A stretch of 64,000 nucleotides of DNA from Pristiophorus japonicus (taxonomy: Eukaryota). How positions within the stretch are numbered: the first letter of the stretch is position 1; every line of letters begins with the position of its first letter. The position numbers were made by a program, and so were the translations under genes. The notes under the pieces were generated by a model. It saw only the letters and a program-made list of their open reading frames with translations, did not search any database and was not told the origin of the DNA. Of the stretch, positions 1-12,181 are shown one piece after another. The stretch is taken from positions 17,856,001 through 17,920,000 of the forward strand of contig NC_091996.1 of the NCBI RefSeq assembly GCF_044704955.1, written 5' to 3'.

Positions 1-172
1 CAGACCGCAATGTGATAATGACCAGATAATTTGTTTTTGTTATGTTGATTGAGGGATAAATATTGGCCAGGACACTGGGGATAACTCCCCTGCTCTTCTT
101 CGAAATAGTGCCATGGGATCTTTTACGTCCACCTGAGAGAGCAGACGGGGCCTCGGTTTAATGTCTCATCTG
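1..172 (-). mobile_element. Deu-domain SINE fragment (SacSINE1/AmnSINE1-like)
   Basis: Reverse complement contains the Deu core (gatgagacattaaaccgagg...caggtggacgtaaaagatcccatggcactattt). Multiple copies occur in the window. Confidence 0.75.
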
Positions 173-574
173 AACATCCCAGAACAATTTAAGCAGCATG
201 ATGGAAATACAATGCATTTTTACTGAACTCATAAATGGAAGTCCCAACATTAATAATTTCTGGTGTAACAGAGCTTAACTACTTTACGAAAATAACTCAT
301 TGGTCAGAAAATCCTTGAAAAATACGTTGAAAAAAATTTTAAGCTATCATTTGTGTAAAATACTGATTAGAAAAAAAAATATTTTATGGGGTTTTTTGCA
401 CATAAAAGCCAGCATTACAGATCTGATCTTAAAAATCAGAGTCAAATTTGTTCAGGATATGGGCAGCACTGCCAAAGCCATATTTGCTGCTTATCACTAG
501 TTGCCTTGAATTTTACAACTTGCTAAACCATTTCAGAGGGAACTAAGAATCAACCACATAGTGTGTAACATTAC

Positions 575-2154
575 GGGCCCAAGTTTCGGGCCGCGCCTAG
601 AACGGCGCAGCCCCGACCTGGACGCCCGTTTTTCGCGCCACAAAGTGCGCCTAAAAAAAACTTATAGATTCTCCGGCTCCCTGCAGGTCCTCTTGAGTCA
701 GGCGCGGCGCAGCACGAGCTGTTGGGGGGGGGGGGGGGGGGGGGGGGGCGGAGCTAGGTCCCTGCGCTGAAAACAGTGCCGGGACCTCTGCACATGCACG
801 CTACTGTGTAGGAGGGGCCCGAAGCACGCAGCCCCTAGCCCTGGCCGAATGGCCTCACTGGGGCTGTGTGCATAAGGCTGCCTCCCACGCCCAGCTCCTG
901 CTTCCTCCTGACCCGACTCGACTCCCGCTTCCCCCCCCACCGCCCCCCATCCCCGGACCGGATCGGACCCGACCCCCCGGACTGGACCCGACCCGCGCTC
1001 CGCTCCCCACCCCCCCAACCACCCGACCTGTCCTCCCTCGCCCCCCGACCCGAACCAAACCGACCACCCTCCCACCACCACCCCCCCGACCCGACCCGCG
1101 CTCCCGACCGTCCCCTCCCCCCGACCTGACCTCCCGCTCCCTCCCTCCCTCCGACCCGAACCGACCTCCCTCCGCGCCCCCCCCCGACCCGACCCGTGCT
1201 CCCGACCCCGAACCCCGGATCCGACCCGACGGCACCTACCTGTCAATCTGATGCTGGGGACGGGCCTTGCCCAAAGTCTTGGGCCCGGCCCGTTCAGCCT
1301 CCCCCCCACCCCCCTCTCCTTCCGCCCCCTCTCCTTTCCTCCCCCTCTCCTTTCCTCCCCCTCTCCTTTCCCCCCCCTCTCCTTTACCCTTCTCCTCCCC
1401 CTCCCCTTCTCCTCCCCCGCCTTCCCCTTCTCCTCCACCCCTTTCTCTCCTCCACTCCCCTCCCCCTCCCCCTTCCCTCCCCCCCTCCCCCTGGCCCCCC
1501 CTCTCTCCCTCTACCCCCGTCCTCGCTGTCAGAAACACAGACACTGACAGACAGAGAGTGAGAGACACACACAGACAGACAGATAGTGACACTGACAGAG
1601 ACACACTGGGGGGGGGGGGTGGGGGGCATCCCAGCATGCTGTTGGAGGGCTCCCGCTGCTGCAGTCGGTAAGTAGAAAATGTTTTATTTATTGATTTAAA
1701 AAAAAAATTATTTCTTATTAATTTTTTTTGATTGATTTATTGGTTGATTTATTGATGTTTTTATCATTTATTATTGATTATAGCTCTTTATTTGTAATAC
1801 TGAAGTGTTTAATGTTTGTAAACTTCCCTTTAAACCCCCCATTCCCTACGCCTGATTTGTAACCTACACCTGATTTTCTAAAGTGTAGACAAGGTTTTTT
1901 CGAGCGTACAAAAATCTTCGCTTACTCCATTCTAAGTTAGTTTGGAGTAAGTTTTCACTGCCGAAACTTTGAAAACAGGTGTAAGTGGCCGGACACGCCC
2001 CCTTTTGAAAAAAAAATTCTGTTCCAAAGTGAAACTGCTCTAACTGACTAGAACTGGAGCAAACTAAATGCCGAGAATTTGAATTTCTAAGATACTCCGT
2101 TCTACACCAGTTGCTCCAAAAAATCAGGAGCAACTGAGGCCGAAACTTGGGCCC
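575..2154. mobile_element. Non-autonomous DNA transposon (PIF/Harbinger-like MITE)
   Basis: Perfect 15-bp TIRs GGGCCCAAGTTTCGG (575-589) and CCGAAACTTGGGCCC (2140-2154), with 3-bp TSD TAC on both sides. Interior is C-rich low complexity with no transposase. Confidence 0.85.
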
Positions 2155-2451
2155 TACGTGTAGGTCAGAATGTGTGGCAGGTGCCCTTCCTTGAAAGACA
2201 TTAGTGAATCAAATAGGTTTTACCACAATCCAGCTTTCATGGTCATTTATTTTTGTTTGTGCTCACAAATGACCAATTTTACAACTGCCTGCTGGGTGCT
2301 GAATTCATGATCTCCCAGTACCATAAACACTACCATATCCAATTGTAATCCTTTTACCAGATTGTAAACCAGTGGCATTCATAATATGGTCACTTACTGC
2401 CCACTTCACTTTTACTTATGGTTCTCAGGAGATCTGCTGCTCCACATATAT

Positions 2452-2636
2452 TTTTGAATATATTTAAGGTGGAGATAGACAGATTTTTGAATGATAAGGG
2501 AGTCAAAGGTTATGGGGAGCAGGCGAGGAAGTGGAGTTGAGGCCAGGATCAGATTAGCCATGGTCTTATTAAATGGTGGAGCAGGCTCGAGGGGCCAAAT
2601 GGCCTACTCCTGCTCCTATTTCTTATGTTCTTATGT
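2452..2636 (+). mobile_element. CR1 LINE 3' tail fragment
   Basis: End of ORF2 (IFKVEIDRFL...KGYGE), 3' UTR and (ttcttatg)n tail. Confidence 0.85.
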
Positions 2637-2794
2637 CTGTGGGCATGAATTCAAAGCCCACCACTTCTGAAATATTGCCAGAACCAGAATTAGTAGAGGG
2701 AAAGAGAGAGAAAAAATGTCTAAAAAGCAAAAATAAGCAGTTGGAATTGCTTTACGGTCGGTCTGTGAGGCTGTTTCTTGAGCACATCACTCCT

Positions 2795-3270
2795 CGTGAT
2801 ATTTATATAGCGCCTTTAGCATGGAAAAACATTCCAAGGAACTTCACGGAGGCGCAAGGATAGAGGAGAGATTTAGAGCAGTGACCAAAACCTTGATTGA
2901 AGAAGTGGCTTTTAATGAGGGTCTTAAAGAAGGATTGGGGTTGTAGAGAGGCAGAGGAGATTTAAGGAGGAAATTCCAGAGAGTGAAACATACACGGCTG
3001 AAGGCATGGCCAGCAATGGTTGAGAAAAGAGAGAGGAAGATTCACGCGAGGTTAGAGTCAGAGGAAATAAGAGTTCAGCGGGGGGGGGGGGGGGGGGGGG
3101 AAGAGGAGGAGTTGTAGAGCTGGAAGAGGTTGCAGAGATAGGGAGAGCTGAGATGATGGAGGAATTTATACATGAAGATGACAATTTTAACTTTGAGGCA
3201 CTGGGGAACAGTTAGCGAGAACAGGGGTGATGGGCAAGCGTGACTTTGAGTGGTATAGGATAGGATTTAA
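2795..3270 (-). mobile_element. L2 LINE 3' fragment (old)
   Basis: Shares the atttatatagcgccttt...gtgaccaaaa...gaaattccaga 3' end with the L2 at 27105-29685. Confidence 0.6.
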
Positions 3271-3814
3271 TGAGGATTAATTCTGTATCATGCACTTGCA
3301 TCTCTGATTTGCAAACTTGAATTTTACATAAGTTTGTAAAATCAAAATTGATGACATGGAGATTAAATTAATTTATTAACATCAATATTTACCATCTATG
3401 CAACAAATCAAGATATCCACCATACTGACTTTGGCCTTATCCTTCGTGTTAATGCAATCAGGAACTCCTCTCTAGGACATTTGTAACAAGAAAATAGCAG
3501 GATTTCCCATCAATGAGTTGAATGCAAGCATAAGATATTCAAGTTGAAGTATCCCATTCTCTCTACTGTTCTGTTTCAGTTTTGGCTGGAGGCGGAGTTA
3601 ACTAAGAGGCAGAAGATGGATCAGAAAAACGGAATAAAATCCTAACTGAAATGGACAGGGAAAAGAAAGTGAATGGTCATTGATGGAGCATTTCAAAACC
3701 TGTCCTGCTTATGGAACTTAGTTCAAATATTAAACTCTCTCCGCTCCCCTCCCCCTCCCCCAATTTCCCCCTTCTTTCTTTTAAATTTTCTCTCTATCTA
3801 TCCACAGGTACTGA

Positions 3815-4385
3815 ATCATACAATCATAGAATAGTACAGCACAGGAGGCCATTCAGCCCATAGAGTCTGTGCCAGCCCTTTCGAAGAGCAATCCAGTTAG
3901 TCCCACTCTCCTTTTCCTCATATCCCTGCATTTGTTTTCTTGTTCTAGCATTTATCCAATTCCCCTTTGAAGGCTACTATTTCCACCACCCTATCAAGCA
4001 GTGCACTCCAAATCCTAACCACTTTTTATGTTAAGAAGTTTTTCCTCGTGTCAGTTCTGGTTCTTTTGCCAATCACTTTAAATCTGTATCCTCTAAATAT
4101 TGACCCCCTCAGCCATTGGAAACAGTTTCTCTTTCTTTACTCTATCTGAACTCTTCATGATTTTAAAAACCACTATCAAATCTCTTTTTAGCCTTCTCCG
4201 CTTCAAGGAGAACAATCCCAGCTTCTCCAGTTTATCCATGTAACTGTAATCCCTCATCCCTGGAACCATTCCGAGTAAATCTCTTCTGTACCCTCTCCAA
4301 AGCCTTCACATCCTTCCTAAAGTGTGGTGCCCAGAATTGGACACAATACTCCAGCTGGGGCCGAACTAATGTTTTACAAAGCTGA
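3815..4385 (-). mobile_element. CR1 LINE 3' fragment
   Basis: ORF 4232..4441 contains [32 protein letters not shown]; 3' UTR lies to the left. Confidence 0.85.
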
Positions 4386-4842
4386 CTCTTGTTTGTACTG
4401 GCCACCCTCCCCGACATCTTGTCCAAGTGACCATCCTTCATGTGTTAAGCTAGACAGCGAGTGTCAGTAAACTATTGAACGGCAAAGTCTGATTCTGTTC
4501 TGACATGTAATTCACATACACCTTCCTGCAATTGGAAAGCAGGAACGCCAGGTGATTTTTCCACCTCTTGCTCAGAGGTGCTGAGGCCATTTGTAATGAT
4601 CCAGCAACTGCATTCAGCAGATTATGGACCTTTTCCTCTATATTATCCAGAGTGTGCCTTTACACATTAGGCAATTGAAGGGGTGGGTGGGAGCGGCGGC
4701 TATTTTTCTTTCACAATCCACCATCACGTGTCAGGGTGCTCGTGGCCACAGGATTCCATATGTACGGAAGTCCCATAAGCATGAATGGGGATCACATAAA
4801 AAATACATTTAACATAACAATTAAAAAAAATACATATTTAAA

Positions 4843-5585
4843 ATGGTGACAGATTAGGAAAAGGGGAGGTGCAACGAGACCCGGATGTCATGGTACATTA
4901 GCCATTGAAAGTTGGCATGCAGGTACAGCAGGCGATGAAGAAGGCAAATGGTATATTGGCCTTCATAGCGAGAGGTTTTGAGTATAGGAGCAGGGAGGTC
5001 TTACTGCAGTTGTATAGGGTCTTGGTGAGGCCACACCTTGAATATTGTGTACAGTTTTGGTCTCCTAATCTGAGGAAGGACATTCTTGCTATTGAGGGAG
5101 TGCAGCAAAGGTTCACCAGACTGATTCCCGGGATGACAGGACTAACATATGAAGAAAGACTGGATCGACTAGGCCTGTATTCGCTGGAATTTAGAAGAAT
5201 GAGAGGGGATCTCTTAGAAACATATAAAATTCTGACAGGATTGGACAGGTTAGATGCAGGAAGAATAATTCCGATGTTGGGGAAGTCCAGAACCAGTCTA
5301 AGGATAAGGGGTAAGCCATTTAGGACTGAGATGAGGAGAAACTTCTTCTCTCAGAGAATTGTGAACCTGTGGAATTCTCTACCACAGAAAGTTGTTGAGG
5401 CCAATTCATTAGATATATTCAAAAGGGAGTTAGATGTGGCCCTTATGGCTAAAGGGATCAAGGGGTATAGAGAGAAAGCAGGAATGGGGTACTGAAGTTG
5501 TAAAATTGAAAAGCCATGATCATATTGAATGGTGGTGCTGGCTCTAAGGGCCGAATGGCCTACTCCTGCACCTATTTTCTATGTT
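4843..5585 (+). mobile_element. CR1 LINE 3' fragment (family with (ttctatgt)n tail)
   Basis: ORF 4905..5495 is the CR1 ORF2 C-terminus ([13 protein letters not shown]...RRMRGDL...VNLWNSLP), followed by the 3' UTR. Confidence 0.92.
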
Positions 5586-5669
5586 AAAAAGCCATTCCCA
5601 TTTCGACATGGATAATGTAGGAGTATGAAGGCCTAATCAGCATCGACTGAAAATAAAAATTAGAAAAGA

Positions 5670-6120
5670 TAAGAACATAAGAACATAAGAATTAGGAACA
5701 GGAGTAGGCCATCTAGCCCCTCGAGCCTGCACCGCCATTCAATAAGATCATGGGTGATCTGGCCGTGGACTCAGCTCCACTTATCCGCCCGCTCCCCGTA
5801 ACCCTTAATTCCCTTATTAGTTAAAAATCTATCTATCTGTGTCTTGAATACATTCAATGAGCTAGCCTCAACTGCTTCCTTGGGCAGAGAATTCCACAGA
5901 TTCACAATCCTCTGGGAGAAGAAATTCCTTCTCAACTCGGTTTTAAATTGGCTCCCCCGTATTTTGAGGCTGTGCCCCCTAGTTCTAGTCTCCCCGACCA
6001 GTGGAAACAACCTCTCCGCCTCTATCTTGTCTATCCCTTTCATTATTTTAAATGTTTCTATAAGATCACCCCTCATCCTTCTGAACTCCAATGAGTAAAG
6101 ACCCAGTCTACTCAATCTAT
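5670..6120 (-). mobile_element. CR1 LINE 3' fragment (same family as the 3' end of 40531-44098)
   Basis: ORF 5771..6115 is nearly identical to ORF 43695..44000; (aagaacat)n tail on the + strand. Confidence 0.92.
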
Positions 6121-6227
6121 CAAAGATATACTGTATTTTTAGTTATCAGTTGGCTCAATGAAAAAGTCAGACCTGACATTCAGCATTCCATTACCCTGAT
6201 CATTTTGTGCGATCAGAATGAGAATCA

Positions 6228-7707
6228 GAATTTACCAAAATTCCCTGAATTCTGGGGAGGTCCCAGCAGATTGGAAAACTGCAAATGCAATACCCCTATT
6301 TAAAAAAGGAGGCAGACAAAAAGCAGGAAACAATAGACCAGTTAGCCTAACATCTGTGGTTGGGAAAATGTTGGAGTCCATTATTAAAGAAGCAGTCAGC
6401 AGGACATTTGGAAGGGCAAAGTTCGGTCAGGCAGAGTCAGCATGGATTTATGAAGGGGAAGTCATGATTGACAAATTTTCTGGAATTCTTTGAAGATGTA
6501 ACGAACAGGGTGGATAAAGGGGAACCAGTGGATGTGGTGTATTTGGACTTCCAGAAGGCATTTGACAAGGTGCCACATAAAAGGTTACTGCACAAGATAA
6601 ATGTTCATGGGGTTGGGGTTAATATATTAGCATGGATAGAGCATTGGCTAATTAACAGAAAACAGAGAGTCGGGATAAATGGTTCATTCTCGGGTTGGCA
6701 ATCAGTAACTAGTGGGGTGCCGCAGGGATCAGTGCTGGGACCCCAACTATTTACAATCTATATTAACGACTTGGAAGAAGGGACTGAGTGTAATGTAGCC
6801 AAGTTTGTTGACGACACAAAGATGGGAGGAAAAGCAATGTGTGAAGAGGACACAAAAAATCTGCAAAAGGATGTAGGCAGGCTAAGTGAATGGGAAACAT
6901 TTGGCAGATGGAGTATAATGTTGGAATGTGTGAGGTCATACACTTTGGCAGAAAAAAAATCAAAGAGCAAGTTATTATTTAAATGGAGAAAGATTGCAAA
7001 GTACTGCAGTACAGCGAGACCAGGGGATCCTTGTGCATGAAACACAAAAGGTTAGTATGCAGGTACAGCAATACAATCTTGGCCTTTATTGCAAAGAGGG
7101 TGGAGTATAAAAGCAGGGAAGTCTTGCTACAGTTATACAGGGTATGGGTGAGGCCACACCTGGAATACTGCGTGCAGTTTTGGTTTCCATATTTACGAAA
7201 GGATAAACTTGCTTTGGAGGCAGTTCAGAGAAGGTTCACTAGGTTGATTCCAGAGATGAGAGGGTTGACTTATGAGGAAAGGATGAGTAGGTTGGGCTTC
7301 TACTCATTGGAATTCAGAAGAATGAGAGGTGATCTTATCGAAACGTATAAGATTATGAGGGGGCTTGACAAGGTGGATGCAGAGAGGATGTTTCCACTGA
7401 TAGAGGAGACTAGAATCTTAGAATAAGAAGCTGCCCATTCAAAACTGAGATGAGGAGAAATTTCTTCTCTCAGAGGGTTGTAAATCTGTGGAATTCGCTG
7501 CCTCAGAGAGCTATGGAAGTTGGGATATTGAATAACTTTAAGACAGAAATAGACAGTTTCTTAAACAATAAGGGAATAAGGGGTTATGGGGAGCGGGCAG
7601 GGAAGTGGACCTGAGTTCATGATCGGATCAGCCATGATCATATTAAATGGCGGAGCAGGCTCAAGGGGCAGTATGGCCTACTCCTGCTCCTATTTCTTAT
7701 GTTCTTA
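6228..7707 (+). mobile_element. 5'-truncated CR1 LINE (RT domain to tail, frameshifted)
   Basis: [23 protein letters not shown] and KFVDDTK motifs in ORFs 6218-7426; ttcttatg tail. Confidence 0.92.
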
Positions 7708-7892
7708 TTAACATTGAGCAGGGTGTTGGCTGCATGCATCCGAGCACAGTGAACGTCGTTTGGGAGTATTCTATTAATACTAAATGGCCCATCTCAAACT
7801 GAATTATAAAGCTGCTCTTCAAAGTTAGTTCAATAACCCTGCAGTGCACGGAGTGATCCTGTTTTGCTGCATTCTCCAAGATAAATACTCAC

Positions 7893-8034
7893 AAAAGCCC
7901 TGGTATACTGGTTCAGGTCACTGTTTATGGCCCTCGTGAAAGCTTCTTTTACAAAATTCGGAGGCGAGAAGTCAGGAAATCCCTGCCCCAGGTTGACAAC
8001 TGGATAGTCAGCAGCAAGCTGTGTAAATTCTATC
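7893..8034 (-). CDS. KYAT1: Kynurenine--oxoglutarate transaminase 1, internal coding exon (142 nt)
   Basis: Encodes (W)IEFTQLAADYPVVNLGQGFPDFSPPNFVKEAFTRAINSDLNQYTRAF, with the NLGQGFPD motif of KAT-I/III. Acceptor tttcag|G at 8035-8036 and donor TTT|gtgagt at 7892. The DFSPPxFxxEAF and QYTRAF residues are KYAT1-like rather than KYAT3-like. Confidence 0.92.
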
Positions 8035-8629
8035 CTGAAAACATTGGAAAGAAAACATACCAGAAATGTTTTAGCTAGATCCATCCCTTTCTCCCTGGTA
8101 CTCAGCACAACAGCCCTGCTGTGAGGGGTCACTAGGTATCAGGCATCGCTAGATATTCTACTTTACAACTGACTGCTAACAGGTTCAAGAGTGCTGCAGG
8201 CAAACCCAACCTCAGAATATTCCCTCCTGAAAAATGGGCAACAGGATCACTTCCATTTTGTATCTCCCGCAAAGGCCAACTGAGCTGCAGCACCCTCTGT
8301 GGCCCACTCCATTTATCCTTAGATGCACTGTGTCACTTGAAGCATACTAATTTTTCATTTTTTTAGAAAATTTAATCAAAAACAAATTTACATAAAGCTA
8401 TAAAAAGTACTGAGTCATGAAAGTGTAGCGGTTTACACATCACCACCTTTGCATTATAAATTTTTTGAGCATCCACTGTTAGGAATCTTGCCACTGTCAG
8501 AGCATTTATCAGAAAGTGGCAGATGTGTTGCCCCATGATATTCCATCCATTGAAATCTGGCAGCAGGCAAGGCTCCTCGATGTCTGTTTGTAATCGGTAA
8601 CTTACACCATAGGCTAGACATCAACTTAC

Positions 8630-8682
8630 CAAATATTCTTGTCTAATCCTTCAATTCTCCGAGAATGTATCTGACGGGACAT
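8630..8682 (-). CDS. KYAT1: KYAT1 ATG-containing exon (whole exon 8630-8688, 59 nt); MSRQIHSRRIEGLDKNI(W)
   Basis: Minus strand reads tgttcag|GTAAAG ATG TCC CGT CAG ATA CAT TCT CGG AGA ATT GAA GGA TTA GAC AAG AAT ATT TG|gtaagt. The split TG|G Trp codon joins in phase to exon 7893-8034. The peptide matches the KAT-I N-terminus (xRRL/IxGxDxNxW). Too short for the ORF track. Confidence 0.92.
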
Positions 8683-8869
8683 CTTTACCTGAACAATGCA
8701 GAGAGACCAGATTTTAGTTACAATAATCAAATATATCAAAATCAAGCAACTAAATAATGAACAGCACCAAACCATAAAGAAATGAAGTTAAACCTTGTAT
8801 ATATAGCCCATGAGGCTCTTCAAAAACAAAAGTTTGGACATCCCTGATAGAGGAAACAGCATTCCATGA

Positions 8870-10145
8870 ACAAATTGAGGGTATAGTTAATACTGAGGAG
8901 ACTGCAACAGAATACAAGACATCAATAAGCTTGCAGAATGGGCATGTAAATGGCAAATTAATTTCAATATCGATAAGCGAGAGGTGGTGCATTTTGGTAG
9001 GAACCTACTCCTTGAAAAATAAGAGTCTAAGGCCTGGATTTTCGGGTGGTTTGCGATCGTGTTTTCGCCGCGTTTTGACCCTCCACGGCGAAAACCCGGT
9101 CGCGATCCTCAGTTCCTTGTTTTCCGCACCACTTGGAAGCACCGCCGGGGAGAGCAGCGCCGGACATGCAACGACTTGGATTGTGTTACTGTTCGAGTTT
9201 CGGCACTCACCCGACCTGTATGTCGTGCCCTGAGTACTGACAGGTAAAACCTAGCGGTGCAACTCTGCTGGCAGCGGTAAGTTACAAAACCTGTAAAAAA
9301 GGTAAGTTAAAGTTTTTATTTTAATTTTTTTTGGTAAGGGTCTTGGTAATGTTTTTGGAATCCTCCCCCCCCCCGCCCCAAGACCTCTGTCACAGCGCTC
9401 CCGGCCCCGCAATAAAGTTGGCAAGGATCGCGTTATTACGCCCCGAAAATAGTGCAACGCCTCCCTTTACGAGATACCAAGTGCCGAAAGTTAGGCCTTA
9501 AATTGGTAACGCTGCGAAAATGGTAATTTTCACGTATCACTTGCATTTTTGCCCAAAAACCCCAAAATCCAGGCCAAGGGGTAAAGGCGCAAAGAGATCT
9601 AGGGCTACAAATTCACAAATCACTAAAATAGCAATGCTGGTTAACAAGGTCATAAAAAGTGCAAACAAAGCACTGGGGTTTATTTCTAGAGAAATAAGAA
9701 TTCAAAAGCAGAGAAGTTATGTTAAATTTGTATAGAACCTCGGTTAGACTACACTTGGAGTACTTTACACAGTTCTGGTCTCCATATTACAAAAGTGCAA
9801 AAAAGATTTACAAGGATTTTGTAAAAGGTAGGATGGAAAGCGAAGACTGAGAGATGACTTTGATAGGGCAGACGTAAAGATGTTTCCACTCGAAGGGAAG
9901 TCCAAAACTAGGGGCCATAAAGATAAGATAGTCACTAATAAATCCAATTCAGAAATTCAGGAGGTGAGACTCTTGCCGCAGAATACCCAGCCTCTGACCT
10001 GCTCTTGTAGCCTAGTATGTGTGTGTCTGGTCATCATTTTATTATTGATGACTTGCGTCCACGAGGAATGGTTGAGGGGAATACCATAGATGTATTTAAG
10101 GGGAAGCTACATAAGTACATGAGGGAAAAGAGAATAGAAGGATTC
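8870..10145 (+). mobile_element. Degenerate CR1 fragment interrupted by a MITE and a short inverted LINE piece
   Basis: Recognisable CR1 remnants (KSANKALGFISR, RLHLEY, MFPLEGKSKTRGH) flank the 9031-9575 insertion. Confidence 0.65.
9031..9575. mobile_element. Harbinger-like MITE
   Basis: TIRs GGCCTGGATTTT (9031-9042) and AAAATCCAGGCC (9564-9575); CpG-rich non-coding interior. TSD not cleanly resolved. Confidence 0.7.
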
Positions 10146-10147
10146 CT

Positions 10148-11082
10148 TAGAGCAGTGTCCGAGGCACAACCATCTTCAGCTGCTTCATCAATGGCCTCCC
10201 TTCCATCATAAGGTCAGAAGTGGGAATGTTCGCTGATGATTGCACAGTGTTCAGTTCCATTTGCAACTCCTCCGATAATGAAGTAGTCCATGCCCGCATG
10301 CATTGACTTTGAGGCTTGGGCTGATAAGTGGCAAATAACGTTTGTGCCACACAAGTGCCAGGCAATGACTATCTCCAACAAGTGAGAGTCTAACCACTAC
10401 CCCGTGACATTCAATCGTCAACATCCTGGGGTCACCATTGACCAGAAACTTAACTAGACCAGCCACATAAATACTGTGGCTGCAAGAGCGGGTCAGAGGC
10501 TGGGTATTCTGCAGCAAGTACCTCACCTCCTGACTCACCAAAGCCTTTCAATCATCTACAAGGCACAAGTCAGGAGTGTGATGGAATACTCTCCACTTGC
10601 CTGGATGAGCGCAGTTCCTACAACACTCAAGAAGCTCGACACCATTCAGAACAAAGCAGCCCGCTTGATCGGCACCCCATCCACCACCTTCAACATTCAC
10701 TCCCTCCACCACCGGTGCATCGTGGCTGCAGTGTCTACAAAATATACTGCAGCAACTCACCAAGGTTTCTGCGACGGCACCTCCCAAACACGGGACCACT
10801 ACCACCTCGAAGGACAAGGGCAACAAGCGCATGGGAACACCATCACCTTCAAGTTCCCCTCCAAGTCATATGCCATCCTGACTTGGAAATATATCGCCAT
10901 TCCATCAGCGTCGCTGGGTCAAAATCCTGGAACTCCCATCCTCACAGTACTATGGGAGTACCTTCACGTCACGGACTGCAGAGGTTCAAGAAGGTGGCTC
11001 ACCACCACCTTCTCAAGGGCAAATAGGGATGGGAAATAAATGCTACTTGCCAGCAATGCCCACGTCCCAGGAACGAATAAAA
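10148..11082 (+). mobile_element. 3' portion of a non-LTR retrotransposon distinct from the CR1 families (clade uncertain, CR1/L2 group)
   Basis: GMFADDCTVF, LGVTIDQKL and YKAQVRSVMEYSPLAW motifs (RT/thumb region). Its 3' tail is shared with the SINE at 59574-59870. Confidence 0.75.
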
Positions 11083-11364
11083 ACAAGATATGCTGATAGG
11101 GTGAGATGAAGTAGGGTGGGAGGAGGCTCATGTGGAGCATAAACACTGGCATGGACCAGAATGACCTGTTTCTGTGCTGTAAAATTCCATTTACCACACA
11201 GAGTTTTGATGATGTATTTGCAACACTGTTGCAGATGACAGCAGATCTAGGCAACAATCCACACTCCAGTTAGAATAGATAGTTACAAATTCCAGAATAT
11301 CTAACGTTAAAAAAAGATACAAAAAAGTAACAAACCTTGGACAAGCTCAGAATATCAGTAAGAA

Positions 11365-11818
11365 AAAACTTATATTTATGCAATGCCTTTCATTTTGTTA
11401 GGACATCCCAAAGCACTTCACAGCTAATGAATTACTTTTGAAGCATAGTCACTGTCACAATGTTATGTAGACAAACACGGCAGCCAGTTTGTGCAAGAAA
11501 GCTCCCACAAACAGCCATGAAACAAGTAACCAGTTAATCTATTCTGGTGGTGTTGACTGCGGGATAAATGTTGGCCAGGACACCGGTAAAAGTCCCCATC
11601 TCTTTCCTGAATAGTGCCACACGATCTTTTACATCCACTTGAATAGGCAGATAGGGTTTCAGTTCAATGTCTCATCTAAATGATGGCGCCTCCAACAATG
11701 CAGCTCTCCCTCAGTATTACAATGAAGTGTCCTAGATTATGTGCTCAAGTTATGCAGTGGGGCTTGAACCAAAGTCCTTTTGACTCAGACGCAAGACTTC
11801 TATCATTGAGCCAAGCTG
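11365..11818 (-). mobile_element. Deu-domain SINE, near full length
   Basis: L2-like tail on the left, Deu core, and tRNA-like head remnant (B-box-like ggttcaagcc on the minus strand) on the right. Confidence 0.7.
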
Positions 11819-11841
11819 GATCAACAACAACTTGCATTTAT

Positions 11842-12181
11842 CATCATCATAGGCGGTCCCTCGAAACAAGGATTACTTGCTTCCACGCCAAAAAAGGATG
11901 AGTTCACAGGTGTTTCAATGAAGGACTGAATATTCCAGCTCCCGAACTACATCCTGAAGGTTGGAAGATGCATGTGTGTGGATTTTTTTAACGTGGGGTG
12001 GCCGTTGCACACCAGCCACCACACAGGCTTGACAGAGCTAGGTCTTGGTCTAGTGGCAAGGGTTAACCAAGAAGACTGGAGACCTGCTCTGCTGCACGGG
12101 CCTGGTGCGTGCACATAGCACAGTGTGGGCTGGCCCGTGTTGCCCCTGGGCCCCGAACTCACGCCTCTCCTGGGCCCCGAT
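11842..12181 (-). mobile_element. Short retroposon with (TGA)n tail (RTE-type tail) inserted into an L2 3' end
   Basis: (cat)n at the left end; flanked by the direct repeat CATTTAT (11835-11841, 12182-12188), which splits the L2 tail motif aacaacttgcatttatatagcgcc. Confidence 0.6.

Noticed and set aside
698-1671. Long Gly/Arg/Glu- and Pro-rich ORFs on both strands
   Set aside because: They arise from C-rich low-complexity sequence inside a TIR/TSD-bounded MITE; no domain or splice support.
1-7800. Next KYAT1 exon (expected to begin GHP/GYP)
   Set aside because: I could not find it on the minus strand; it probably lies left of the window.
7830-8132. 100-aa ORF as a single-exon gene
   Set aside because: Only 7893-8034 matches KAT-I and is bounded by AG/GT; the rest is intronic read-through.
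7893-8688. Assignment to KYAT3 (CCBL2)
   Set aside because: Possible, but the PDFSPPxFxxEAF, QYTRAF and MSR...DKNIW residues fit KYAT1 better than KYAT3 (ADPSVV, PDISPPxY, QYTRGF). A phylogeny would settle it.
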